This document shows, in pieces, positions 47,101 to 60,959 of a stretch of 64,000 nucleotides of DNA. The notes below the pieces were generated by a model. That model was not told the DNA's origin. It made no database searches and worked only from the letters and a program-made list of their open reading frames with translations. The position numbers and the translations under genes were made by a program. Within the stretch, counting starts at the first letter, position 1; every line of letters begins with the position of its first letter. The DNA comes from Mobula birostris (Eukaryota), in contig NC_092377.1 of assembly GCF_030028105.1 (NCBI RefSeq), positions 5,027,079 through 5,091,078 of the forward strand, written 5' to 3'.

Positions 47101-50100
47101 CCGCCTTCTTTTCGGTACTTCTCTATGATTGTATGAGTCTAGTTGGATATAGAGCCTCAGTGTAATCTGTTGGCTGTTTCGACCTGAGGTTAAGTTAACT
47201 ATTTTTCATAAGGACTAGTGAATGTGGCATTCTCTACCTCCGAGTCAGTGGGATCAGGAAAGGGTGTGCTGATTGAGGGCAGGGATTCCCAACCTTTTCC
47301 ATGCCATAGAGCCTTTCATTAACCAAGAGTTCTTGGACCCCAGTTGGGAACCCATGATTTAAGTCATATTGATATTAAGGAGGAAGAGATGTCAGGTCTG
47401 TTGAGGAACATTAAGCTGGGTAAGTTCCCAGGGCCTGATGGGATCTGTCTCAGGTTATTGAGAGAGACAAAAGAGGAAATCTTTGTGTCCTCTTTAGCCA
47501 CAAGTGAGATCCCATGTAAGAGAAGAGAGGACAATTTGTTCCTCTGTTTATGAAGGGGATCAGAGGAAAACCTGGAAATTATGGGCTGGTGAGCCTTACA
47601 TTTGTGGTAGAGAAATGACTGAAGAAGATTCTTCGCAATGGGATCTTACATAGGTTTAATAGGAACAGTCAGCATTGTTTTACATAAGAACATAGAAATA
47701 GGAGCAAGAGTCGGCCTCCTGGCCTGTCGAGCCGGCTCCGCCATTCAATAAGATTATGGCTGATCTGACCATGGACTTATCTCCACCTACCTGCCTTTTC
47801 CCCATAACCCTTACTTCTTCTACTATCCAAAAATCTATCCAACCTTGTCCTTAAATATATTTACTTAGATAGCCTCCACTGCTTCATTGGCCAGAGGATT
47901 CCACAGATCTTATGTGGCTGAAGTCATGTGTCATAAATTGAGGCATTTTCCAAGAACGCCTTTACCAGGAAATAATTTGCCCCTTCCACACTTGCCGTAT
48001 CCTTTATGACACCACTAAAATTGGCCTTTCTCCAATTTAGAATCTCAACCCATGGACCAGACTTACCCTTCTCCATAATTATCTTGAAACTAATGTAAAT
48101 ATAATCACTAGATCCAAAGTGATTCCCACACACACCTCTTTCACCTGCCCTGTCTCGTCCCCATCCAGACCATGCTCTTTCCTCACTGCTGCTATCGAGC
48201 AGGAGGTACAAGAGCCTCAGGACCCACACCACCAGATTTAGGAACAGTTATCACCACAACCATCAGACTCTTGAACCAGAGGGGATAACTTCAGTCAACT
48301 TCACTCACCCCATCTCTGAACTGTTCCCACAACTTTCAGACTCTTCATCTCATGTTCTTGATATTTGTTGTTTTCTTTTTTGTTTTTTTATCTTTTTGTA
48401 TTTGCACAGTTTGTTGTATTTTGTTCGTCTTGTGTGTGATTTTTCAGTGACTGTATTGTGTTTCTTTGTACTTACTGTGTATACGCACAGGAAAATGAAT
48501 CCCAAGGTCATATATGGTGACATATATGTACTGTGATAAGAAATTTACTTTGAACTTTAATAAGAGATGCAGTATCACTCTCTCTCAGTGGAACCTCTAT
48601 ACATTGATGAAGGAAAGTTTCCAGAACACATTTGACAAACTCTTTCCCATCCAACCCTTTTACAGTATGGGATTCCAAACCAATATGTGGAAAGTTAAAA
48701 TCATCTACTATCACAAACTTATGTTTCTTGCAATAGTCTGGAATCTCAGTTAGAAGCAATAGAACCTCAGAACATTGAGCTGCCAGTCCTGCCCCTCCTG
48801 CAACAATCTCACTAATGACCACAATATCACAATTCTACACACTGATCCAAGCCCTCAGCTCATCTGCCGTTCCTACAATACTCCCTGTATTGGAATATGT
48901 GCAGCTCAGAACATTAGTCCCACCATGCTTGAAAATTTGATTCCTTACTTTGTAGGTAGGCTTCAGGATATCATTCTCCACAATAACTCCACCAGCTGTC
49001 CTGCAATTCTAGATTGGATTCAAAACTGGCCAGAGAAGACATAGGAATGGTGAAGGGCTGTTACTCTGCTAGTTACTGTGACTAGTGGTTTCCAAGAGGA
49101 ACCATATTGCAGCCTTTGCTTTTTCGTGATATTAGTTGAGATTTATGTGGGCTAATATGTTAGTTTGCTGATGACACAAAAATGGAAATGTGTGGCATTG
49201 TGGATTGTTTAAAAGAGTGTCAGTGGGTACTGAGGGATCCATGTTGCAGATTTGGGCTGAAGATTGGGAAAGAAAAATTAATCTTGATTAGTGTATGGTG
49301 CTACAATTTGGGAGGTTAAATGTACATGACAGTATACAATAACTGGATGGACTACTTGGAGCATTGGTGTACAGGAGGATCTTGTGGTACAAATCAATTT
49401 TTAACTGAAAGTGGCAATGCAGCGCTGAAGAAGGATCTCAGCTAGAAGCATTGACTCTTTATTCCTCTCCACAGATGCTGCCTGACCTGCCGAGTCCCTC
49501 CAGCATTGTCTGTGTGTGTTGCTCTGCATTTCCATTAGCTGCAGAATCTCTTGTGTTTATGATTGCAGGTACAGAATGCATATGCACAAGGAGTCATGCA
49601 GCAGCTGTGTGAAGTTCTGTTTGGGGAACATTTCCTGTGCAGTTCTGGTTACCCCGTTACAGGAAGGCTGTGGAGAATTTGGAGAGGATGCAGAAGAGGT
49701 TCACCAGGATGTGGCCTGCATTGCAGAACTTTAGTTAGAAGGGGAGTTTGGACAAACTTGGTTTGTTTTCTCCAGAAAATCGGCGGCTGAGCTGCGACCC
49801 TAAAGTCAGATAAAACAGAAAGAATCGATAGGGAAACACAAGGGAATCTGCAGACCAAAAACACGAGTAAGTCTGCAGATGCTGGAAATTTAGAGTAACA
49901 TACAAAATGCTGAAGGAACTCAGCAGGTCTGGCAGCATCTATGGAAATGATTAAACATTTGATGTTTCGGGCAGACACCCTTCATCAGGACTGGCAAGGA
50001 AGGAGGAAGATGCCAGAATAAAAATGTTGGGGGAGGGAAAGGAAAATGTAGAATATGAGAGATGAAGCCAAGTGGGCGTGAAAGATAAAGGTCTGGTGAA

Positions 50101-51553
50101 GAAAGAATCTGATATAACAGAAGAGTGGACCATAGAGTGTAATTCAGAAGACTGAGCGGTGACTTCATTGAAACCTATTGGATATTGAAAAGCCTCAAAA
50201 GGGTAGATGTGGAGAGGATGTTTCGTATAGTGGGAGAGTCTCAGACCAGAATAAAGGGGTATCCTTTTAGAATGGAGGTGTGGAGGAATTTCTTTAGTCA
50301 GAGAAAGGTGAATCTGTGGAATTCGTTGCCACGAGCAGATATGGAGGCCGTCTTTTCGTGTATTTATAGCAGAGGTGGATATATTCTTGATTAGTCAGGG
50401 CATGAAGTGATATGGGGAGAAAGCAGAGGATTTGGGCTGAGAGGGAAATAGATCAGCCATGTTTATATGCTGGATCAGATCGAATGGACAAATGGCCTAG
50501 TTCTGCTCCTATATCAAATGGTCTGATGGTCTTAATTCTGCACAAGATACATTACAGTAAATCAGAATCAGAATCAGAAGCAAGTTTATTATTACTGACG
50601 TAAGTTGTGAAATTTGTTATGTGGCAGCAGTACATTGTAATATATAATTATAAAAACTATAAATTACTGTAAAAAGTATATATATTTTAAAAATTAAGTT
50701 TAGTGCAAAAGGAGAAAGAAACAGTAGTGAGGTATTGTTCGTGGGTTCAATGTCCATCAGAAATCAGATGGCAGAGAGGAAGAAGCAGTTTCTCAATCAC
50801 TGAGTGTGTGCATTCAGGCTCCTGAACCCATCCTTGATAAGAACAATGAGAAGAGGGCTTGTCCTAGGAGACGGGGGACCTTAATGATGGATTCCACCTT
50901 GTTGTGACATCGCTCATTGAAGATATCCTGGATGCCACAGAGGCTAGTGCCCAGCATCCGGGACAAAGCTTTGCTCTGCATATCTTGCAGAGAGATCTTT
51001 CCAAACACAGCCACATCAAGAAAATGCAACAACTGATGGCAGAAAATAGCATCAAAGTTATAGAGAAAGTTCAAGTTTCAAAGTTCAAATTGAGGTTTAT
51101 TATCAGCGTGCATAGATGTCAGCACATACAACCCTGAGATTCTTCTTCTGTGGATGTACTCAGCAAATCTATAGAACATTTACTGTACCACACATCAAAG
51201 TTGCTGGTGAACGCAGCAGGCCAGGCAGCATCTGTAGGAAGAGGTACAGTCGACGTTTCAGGCCGAGACCCTTTGTCAGGACTAACTGAAGAAAGAGCTA
51301 GTAAGAGATTTGAAAGTGAGAGGGGGAGGGGGAGATCCAAAATGATAGGAGAAGACAGGAGGGGGAGGGATGGAGCCAAGACAAAATGATAGGAGAAGAC
51401 AGGAGGGGGAGAGATGGAGCCAAGACAAAATGAAAGGAGAAAACAGGCATTTACTGTAAACAGGATCAACGGATAGCAAACAGTGCAGATGCAAATATAA
51501 ATAAATAGCAATAAATAATGAGGATGAAATAACAAATAAAGAGTCCTTAAATG

Positions 51554-52099
51554 TGTAACTCTCGCTTTGGCTAGCGGCTTAATATAGGGGGTGATAGCCC
51601 CCGGTCTGGCTAAACTTAAGAAATCTTGTTTGGGTGGATGCTGCACGATGTGTCCCCTGTTACTAATCATTACCCCAAAATTACAAACAATACACAATAA
51701 ATGTTGAAGCTTTATAATTCTTACTTTGACCATTTGGTTAGTAAAGAAACAAAAAAAGAAAAAAAGAAAAAAAAGGGCCCTATCTTATTAAACAGTCTGT
51801 TGCACAATGTTGGAGCTCACAGATATGGCCATTCGTCCACCATCGACCCCCTCCAATCATTGCTGCCCTTTGGACCCTCGCTCCAAGTCCACCCCGTCCG
51901 CTGTTCTACCAACTCTCCCCATTTGCGTCTTCTCTCCTCATCTATCCCCGGCAAAAGACCACTAAAATCTCTCTCCCAGCTCACAAGAAAGAACAACAGC
52001 ATTCCTAACCCTGTTATCTCTAGTCATAACCCAAACATTGCTACTAAAGAGAAACCTTACAGCATGTTACACAGCAGTGATACCCTACAGCATGTTACA
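51554..52099. mobile_element. Solo LTR (Gypsy-type)
   Basis: TGTAAC...GTTACA termini with a 4-bp TSD AATG (51550-51553, 52100-52103). Confidence 0.82.
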
Positions 52100-52509
52100 A
52101 ATGTTTGTAGTTATCCCCTGAGGAAGTAGACGTGCTGGTGTGCTTTCTTCGCAACTATATTCATATGATTGGTTCAGGACAGGTCCTCTGAGATAGTGAC
52201 ACCCAGGTGTTTAAATTTACTGACACACACCACCTCTGTTCCCCAGCTGTTTACTGGCTTATGGACCTCTGGTTTCCCTCGCCAGAAGTCTACAATCAGT
52301 TCCTTGGTGTTACCGACATTGAGTGAGAAGTGCAGGGTAGGTAGACATTAATGTGACATTAGAGTGAGAGATCAAGAGTTCATCTTTATTACACAAGAAG
52401 TCCATTCAAGAATTTTATCATAGAATAGAAATTGTGCTGCATATTTTTATGCCTAATATCTTTTTTCCAATCGGAATTGGGGAGAACATAAGTACATCCA
52501 GGGTATGAA

Positions 52510-52980
52510 TGTCATGGTCTTGACCGTTAATCCCCTATCTTGCTCCTAATCTCCTTTGATTATGCCTTGACTCTGATAGTTAATTTCCCATTTACTGCTA
52601 ATTCGCTTTGATGACAGCACACCTGGTCTCCAACACGAACTGCAGTATAAGAACCCCGGCGTCACAACCACTAGTCGCCAGTTTATTGGTCATTTTTCCT
52701 GTGAGATAACTATGCTCCCCGACTGCTTACAACCATTTCTTCTAAGTCTAGTTCCTGTTTCAAGGTTTACCTATGAGACTCCATTTCTCTGAGTCAAGGC
52801 TCCGCATCAAGACTTCGTGTCAAGGCTCCGCATCAAGACTTCGTGTCAAGGCTCCATATCAGAGCTCCATGACAAGATTTCTCCTGTTAGCTGTTCCGTG
52901 TTTACACCCGTGTAAGCATCTGGACTCAATCTCCATGCCGGTGTCCTGCACTTGGGTTCACTTCCTACACTCTTGTAACA
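52510..52980 (+). mobile_element. Probable solo LTR with an internal 26-bp tandem repeat
   Basis: TGTCA...TGTAACA ends; possible 5-bp TSD atgaa/aggaa with one mismatch; gtcaaggctccgcatcaagacttcgt repeated at about 52793-52855. Confidence 0.5.
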
Positions 52981-53869
52981 AGGAAGGGTTTTTGATTATG
53001 TTGTCTGCTTTCCCAAGGCATTGAGAAGTGTATGGAGGGAGGGTGGATTTTGCTATGGACTGGGTTGTGTTCACAACTCTGCAATTTTAATGCAGTCTTG
53101 GGCAGAGCAGTTGCTATATGAGTCTGTGATGCATTGAGATGGACTGCTCTCTGTATAAAAATTAGTGAAGGTCTTTGGGAATATGCCAGATTTCCCTAGA
53201 CTCCCTGAGGAAGAAGACATGATGCTGTACCTTGTTCAACATAACATCGACATGGTTGGTTCAGGCAGGCCTCTCGGAACTTGGAGCCAACCACCATCTC
53301 CACCTCGGCATCATTGATTCTTGTGGGGACGTGCACTCCTCCTGCTTCCTCGATCACTAGCTCTTTTGTTTTACTGACACTGAGTAAAGGTTCAGTGTTC
53401 AGTAAATTTTTAAATTTTCCAGGTTGGCTTCAGAGCAAGATATTATGTCAAAAGAATACATTAATATGCGTATAATGAAAGTGTTTATTGCCTTTGTTAT
53501 ATTTTAACTGTTGAACTCTGTTCGGCAGATTTTCTTAAACCTTGAAGTAAATTTTGTCGAAAGTTTTCCCTTTAACAGAGTTTGATCTTTTTTCTTTTCT
53601 TGTTGATATTCCAGATCATTATAGTATATTCATCCATCAGTGTATTGTATCCTTCTAGTTCGATTCTACGGGCTTGATTACACCCTCTTTATGTTTAATG
53701 TTCCGTACTTATCTAGTCCAAAGTTCATGTTTATATCTTTAAAAATTATTATGATTTTTTTTCTTTTGTATTTACGCAGTTGTTGTCTTTTACACTTTGG
53801 TTGTCTACCCTGTTGGTATGGTTATTCATTGATCCTATTATGGTTATTGGATTTATTGAGTATGCCCAT

Positions 53870-54570
53870 GAGAAGATGAATCTCTGCTACAGTGACAACT
53901 GCATTGGTGCTGCTTCATGCACCTATGCTGAGCTCATGAATTTCATCAATTTAGCCTCAAATTTCCACCCTGCCTTAAATTCACCACCCATCTCTGACAT
54001 CTTCTTCCTCTTTCTCAATATCTCTGTCTCCATCTTTGGAGACAAACTGTCAACTGACACCTTTTATAAACCTTCCGATTCCATTGGTTATCTTGACTGT
54101 GTTATCTCCTGTAAAAATACAATTCTCTTTTCTCTGTTCCTTCACCTCTGCCACATCTGTTCCCAAGACTCAACTTACCATTCCAGGACATCAGAGATGT
54201 CTTCCTTCTTCGAAGAATGGGGTTTTCTTCCTCTACTATTGATGTTGCCCTCACACGCGTCTCCTCCGTTTCACGAAAATCCATGCTTTTCCCATCTTCC
54301 CACCACCTTAACAGTGATAGAGTTCCTCTTGTCTTTGCCTACCACCCCATCGGTCTTCACATCCAACAGATCACCCTCTGCAACTACTGCCAAATCCAAA
54401 GGGATCCTTCCACTAAACCTATCTTTACCTCCTCCCAGACCCCTACCTGCCACAAGGATCACACCCTCCAGGATTCCCTTGTCCATTTGTCCCACCTCAC
54501 TAATCTCCCTCCCTCCAAGCAATTATCTCTTCAAGCAGCCTAAGTGATACATCTACCCATTCACCTCCTC
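53870..54570 (+). mobile_element. Penelope-like element fragment (RT C-terminus and thumb)
   Basis: ORF 53780-54547: DNCIGAASCTYAELMNFINLASNFHPAL...LSTDTFYKPSDS...SEMSSFF. Confidence 0.8.
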
Positions 54571-57500
54571 CCTCTGTCACCAGCAGATTGTCGATAAGAA
54601 TGCAGGCAATTGCTACTCTGATGGTAATTATGTCAGCAGTTCCCAATATATCCATTAAATGCTTGCTAACTGCTGAGAGATTTAGGCAGCTCCAATTTAT
54701 TATCTCACATTTACTACTGAGCAACAGGAAAAGGTTTCATCTACATTTATCCTAATTCACCTCTTCCCACCAAAAGGAGACTCATTGGGTATAAATAGAG
54801 TTGTAAAAGTAGCACAATTTGGTCTCGGCAGAACAAGGCCGTTCTCATTACACCTGCCAACAAGGCTCTCTCGGACCTGTTACTCATACTCATCCATTAC
54901 TGACGGTTTATTCAAGCCGTCAGGAACACCATTTTAAACTGGTTTGAAAATGAGAGAGAGAGAGGCCCTCGTCATCAGGGATGACCATGGCTGCTGTGCA
55001 CTAGCTGTCAAAGTCAATACACAAGCCAAGGCAGTATAATATGGAGAGCAAGCTGTTGTCCATGCAGCAGGCTCCCCCTCTCCATGCATCTGACGTACTC
55101 AAAGGAAGAGCAGAGACCGATACAGATTGACACCAGCATCGTTGCAGGAGTTGCCAGTCAGTGTTGAACTCAACATAGAACTGCCTTTGGGAATCCAGCT
55201 CCATATTTTTCCTTCAAGGTTTACTCCCAGCGTCAACCACGGCTGACGAGCCCCATTTGCTCAAAGCAACTGGTTTTAGGGTGCTAGTAACCCACCTGTG
55301 CCCCTTCTCCTGTCAGTAGAAATGGTTCCTCCATGCTCAGTAGTTAAGCCACACATGAAGGACAGGAGCTAGACTTGGTAGCTAGAGGTATTTGAGGCAC
55401 ACGCCATTGGGAGCATTTAACAGGTAGTGGGAGTTTGTCCCTGTTATAACCCTCGGCTATAGCAACCACAAGGAAATATAGATTGCAAAAGTGAACTTTC
55501 TGGATTTATGTAATGGGAGAAATGCACTTTTCAGTATTGTTGGAGAGGCAGATGAAATTCTGGTAGAATATTGACGATCAGACTCAATGCTGGAAGAATT
55601 CAGCAAGTCACGCAGCATCTCTGAAGGGGAATAAACAGTTAATATTTTGGGTAGAGACCCTTCAACAGGCCTGGAAAGAGGCTAAAATAAGATGGTGAGT
55701 AGGGAGGAAGGACTACGAGCTGGCAGGTGATAGGTGCTCCCAGGTGAGGAGGAAAGTAGATGAGTGGCAAAAGGAGATGAGGCAAGTAGCTGGGAAGGGA
55801 GATGTAGCGGAGGTAAAATACACAGGATCTGATCAGAAAGGGCAGGGGAACCATGGAAGAAAGAGAAGGAGCGGGGGCTCATTGGGAGGTGAAAATAGGC
55901 TGAAAAATGGCAGACAAGTATGTGATGCTGCACTTTGAGAGGCCAAACTAGGGTAGGACTAATACCATGAACAGTAGAGCACAGAGGGATGTGGTAGAAC
56001 AGAGGGATATGGGAATACAAGTCCATAAATCATTGAAAGTGCATTCTCAGACAGTATCATAAAGAGAGCTTTTAGTAAATTGTCTTTCATAAATCAGAGT
56101 ATTGGGTACAATAGTTGGGATATTGAAATTTTGTAAGGCATTGTGGAGGCTGAATTTGGAGAATTAAGCGCAAAGCCTACCTACTCTGGTTACCTACCAG
56201 CAGGAAAGATATCAATAAGATTGAAAGGCTGCAGTGAATATTTACAAGGATACTTGAGGATCTGAGTTATAGTGGAAGATTGAATCGTTTCAGACGTTTT
56301 TTTCACTGGAGTGTAGGAGAATGAGAGGAGATTGGATAGAGGTATACAGACTTATGAGGTAGGGTGAATGCATACAGGCCTCTTCACTTCAGGTTGACTG
56401 TGTCTGGAACTAGAGGTCACAGGTTCAGACTGAAAGGTGAAATATTCAAGGGGAACTTGAGGGGGAGGTTTTTCACTGAGAGGGTGGTGACTGTTTGGAA
56501 CGATCTGTCAGTGGAAGTGGTGGATATAGGTTCAATTGTAACATTTAAGGGAAGTTTGAATATGTACATGGATCACAGGGTTATGGAGGGATATGGTCCA
56601 GGTGCAGGTAAATGGGACTAGGTAGAAGATCAGGTTGGCATGGAATAGATGGGCAGAACAGCCTGTTTCTCTGCTGTAGTACTCTGTGATTCTATGACCC
56701 TTGAACATAAGATGCTCAAGATGTGACTATACTGGATATTTTGAGATTTTTTTTCAACCATTTCCATCTTCCGCAGTTTTGGCCACTTGATTCATCATTG
56801 TAACTTGCACTGCCAATGTTCTCTCCTTACTCAGTAGTATCGGCAAACCTGGGTGAGCATCATCAGGTTTTCTGTGTAAACCATGAACTCAGTTTCTTTC
56901 TAAAGTATGACTATGACTACGCTCTGTTGCCTGGCATGTTTTGGCTTTTCTTTCACGCTTGCAGCAGCTGCAGTATTTTACTTTTATATGCAACTCCTCA
57001 TTCCTGCCTCTGGTCACTAACATACATGTGAGAAGTTGAGGCCCCTGAGGTTTACCTCCTGACACACATTGCTGATATCAGACCCCCTCTCTCTCTTTTG
57101 TTTCTTTACCCACCTTTCAAATTTACCTCAGGTTTTGTATGCTCACATCTGTGGAACCTGGTGAAATCTTTCCAAAGTTCAAAGTAAAATTTATTACCAG
57201 AGTGCAAACATATCACCACATACAACCCTAAGATTCTTTTTCCTGTGCACACTCAGCAAATCTATGGAAAAGTAACTGTGAACAGGATCAATGAAAGAGC
57301 AAGAGTACAGAAGACAACAATCTGTGAAAATGCAAGTATAAATAACTAGCAAGAAATATCAAGGTAAAGAGTCCTCAAAGTGAAATCATTGGTTGTGAGA
57401 TCACTGGAAACAGAATGAGTGTAGTTATCATTTGTTCAAGAGCCTGATGGTCGAGGGGTAGGAGCTGTTCTTGACTCTGTTGGTGTGAGTCCTGAGACAA

Positions 57501-57729
57501 TTGTACCTTCTTGTACCTTTTATCTGACGGCAGCAGCGTGAGAAGAGCATGGCCTGGGTGGTGAGGATCTTTGATGATGGATTCTGCTTTTCTACGCCAA
57601 CATTTCATGTAGTTGTTCTCAATGGTTGGTAGGGTTTACACCTGATGTACTGGATCACACCCACTAACTTGGTAGTATTTTCCACTAAAGGCATCGGTGT
57701 TCACATATCAGACCTTAAAACAACCGGTC

Positions 57730-60700
57730 AGAACACTTTCCACCTCATTAAGACCATAAGACCATAAGATATAGAAGCAGAGGTAGGCCATTCAGCCCAT
57801 CGTCTGCTCCACCATTCAATCATGGGCTGATCCAATTCTTCCAGTTTTTCCCACTCCCCTGCCTTCTCCCTAAACCCTTTGAAGTCCTGGCTGATCAAGG
57901 ACCTATCTATCCCTGCCTTAAGTGAACCTATTGACTTGGCCTCCACAGCTGCTCATGGCAACAAATGCCAAAGATTTACCACCCTCTGACTAAAGAAATT
58001 TCTCCATATCTCTGTTCTAAATGGACGTCCTGGATTCCATGTCTCCTTACTTGCTCAATAAGCCTTGCATGAGGTACCTTATCAAATGCCTTGCTGAAAT
58101 CCATATACACTACATCTACTGCTCTTCCTTCAACAATGTGTTTAGTCACATCCACAAAAAATTCAATCAGGCTCGTAAGGCATGACCTGACCTTTACAAA
58201 GCCATGCTGACTATTCCTAATCATATTACACCCCCTCTCCAAATGTTCATAAATCCTGCCTCTCAGGATCTTCTCCATCAATTTACCAACCACTGAGTTA
58301 AGACTCACTGGTCTGTAATTTCCTGGGTTATCTCTACTCCCTCTCATGAATAAAGAAACAACGTCCGCAACCCTCCAATCCTCCGGAACCTCTCCTGTCC
58401 CAACTAATGATGCAAGCATCATTGCCAGAGGCTCAGCAATCTCCTCCTTCAGCTCCCACAGTAGCCTAGGGTACACCTCATCCGGTCCCGGCGAATTTCC
58501 AAAAGCTCCAGCACATCCTCTTTCTTAATATCTACATGCTGAAGCTTTTCAATCTGCTGCAAGTCATCACTACAATCATCAAGATCCTTTTCCATAGTGA
58601 ATACTGAAGTAAAGTATTCATTAAGTACCTCTGCTATTTCCTCCAGTTCCATACACACTTTCCCACTGTCACACTTGATAGGTCCTATTCTTTCACGTCT
58701 TATCCTCCTGCTCTTCACATAGTTGTAGAGTGCCTTGGGGTTTTCCTTAATCATGCCTGCCAAGGCCTTCTCATGGCCCCATCTCGCACTGCTAATTTCC
58801 TTCTTCAGCTCCTTCCTGTTAGCCTTCTAGATCTCTAACATTTCCTAGCTCTTTGAACCTTCTGTAAGCTTTTCTTTTTTTCTTGACTAGATTTAGACAA
58901 TAGACAATAGACAATAGACAATAGGTGTAGGAGTAGGCCATTCGGCCCTTTGAGCCAGCACCACCATTCACTGTGATCATGGCTGATCATCCACAATCAG
59001 TACCCTGTTCCTGCCTTTTCCCCATATCCCTTGACTCCGCTATCATTAAGAGCTCTATCTATCTCTTATTTGAAAGCATCCAGAGAATTGGCCTCCACTG
59101 CCTTCTGAGGCAGAGTCTTCCACAGATCCACAACTCTCTGGGTGAAAAAGTTTTTCCTCAACTCCGTTCTAAATGGCCTACCCCTTATTCTCAAATTCTG
59201 GGCTCTGTTCTGGACTCCCCCAACATCAGTAACATGTTTCCTGCCTCCAACATGTCCAATCTCTTAATAAACCTATGCAGAATTCCACACAATTTTTTTT
59301 ATAGGCATCCGTTAGTCTCATGAGACCATGGATTTGTGCCTTGGAAAGTTTCCAGGGCGCAGGCCTGGGCAAGGTTGTATGGAAGACCGGCAGTTGCCCA
59401 TATTGCAAGTCTCCCCTCTCCACACCACCAATGTTGTCCAAGGGAAGGGCATTAGGACCCATACAGCTTGGCACCGGTGTCATTGCAGAGCAATGTGTGG
59501 TTAAGTGCCTTGCTCAAGGACACAACACGCTGCCTCAGCCAAGGCTCGAACTAGTGACCTTCAAATCACTAGACAAACACCTTAACCACTTGGCCATGCA
59601 CCAACACACCCACACAAATAACCCCTGAACATTTGCCATATTTCTTCCGTACCTTTCCCTGAGAACATCTGTTCCCAATTTAAGCTTCCAAGTTCCTGCC
59701 TGATAGCCTCATAATTCCCTTTGCTCCAATTAAATGCTTTTCTAACTTGTCTGTTCCTATCTCTCTCCAATGCTATTGTAAAGGAGATAGAATTATGATC
59801 ACTATCTCCAAAATGCTCTCCCACTGAGAGATCTGGCAGCTGACCAGATTCATTTCCCAATATCAAATCAAGTACAGTCTCTCCTCTTGTAGGCTTATCC
59901 ACATATTGTGTCAAGGAACGTTCCTGAACACACCTAACAAACTCTACCCCACCTAAACCCCTTGCTCTAGGGAGATACCATTGATATTTGGGAAATTAAA
60001 ATCTCCCACCATGACAACTCTGTTATTATTACACCTTTCCAGGATCTGTTTCCCTATCTGCTCCTCGATATCCCTGTTACTATTGGGTGGCTTATAAAAA
60101 ACACCCAGTAGAGTTATTGACCCCTTCCTGTTCCTAATCTCCACCCACAGAGACTCCGTAGACAATCCCTCCATGGCATCCACCTTTTCTGCAGCCGTGA
60201 CACTATCTCTGATCAACAGAACCACGCCCCCACCTCTTTTGCCTTTAGTCTCACAGCCCGAGGGAAGAAGCTGTTCCCCAGTCTGAAACATCTAAAACCC
60301 GGCACTTGAAGTAACCATTCCTGTCCCTGAGCTATCTAAGTCTCTGTAATGGTCACCACATCATAGCTCCAAGTACTGATCCATGCTCTAAGCTCATCCG
60401 CTTTGTTTACAATACTCCTTGCATTAAAATAGACACATCTCAAACCATCAGTCTGAGCGCGTCCCTTCTCTATCACCTGCCTATCCTCCCTCACACACTG
60501 TCTCCCAGCTTTCTCTATTTGTGAGCCAACAGCCTCTTCCCCAGTCTCTTCAGTTCAGTTCCCACCCCCCAACAATTCTAGTTTAAACTCTTCCCAGTAG
60601 CCTAAGCAAACCTCCCTGTCAGGATATTGGTCCCCCAGGGATTCAATTGCACCCCATCCTTTTTGTACAGATCACACCTGCTGCAAAAGAGTTCCCAATG
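57730..60700 (-). mobile_element. Degraded CR1 ORF2 with nested younger insertions (about 58900-59620)
   Basis: ORFs 59953-60291, 59582-59914, 58449-58763 and 57976-58476 carry endonuclease and RT motifs ([20 protein letters not shown]). Confidence 0.85.
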
Positions 60701-60959
60701 ATCCAGAAACCTACCTCGCCTCGTCCCGTTACAGCCTAATCCCATTGAGCCAAAGCCCTATCACTCTGCTACACTCTCATTCCGCTGCCCGCTGGTTATG
60801 GCCATCTTCTTTGTAAACTTTTCCTGCTCTACTGGCTGACGTCACTCACCTGCACAGTCTTGCCTCTCTTTACCCTGAGTAGTAAAATGCCTTCGCTCCG
60901 GAAATCCTGAGCCGTTCCACTCGCAGCCTTCTTGCTTCGAATCTTACTTCTTGCTTAAA

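Noticed and set aside
53422-53500. Plus-strand acceptor followed by LASEQDIMSKEYINM (tyrosine motif)
   Set aside because: No convincing donor and no partner exons; consistent with chance in AT-rich DNA.
54761-54785. Phase-1 ATG...G|gtgaat mini-exon (MSLLLVGR) as a candidate leader for V3
   Set aside because: Too short, weak Kozak context, and no similarity to the leader at 13561-13601.
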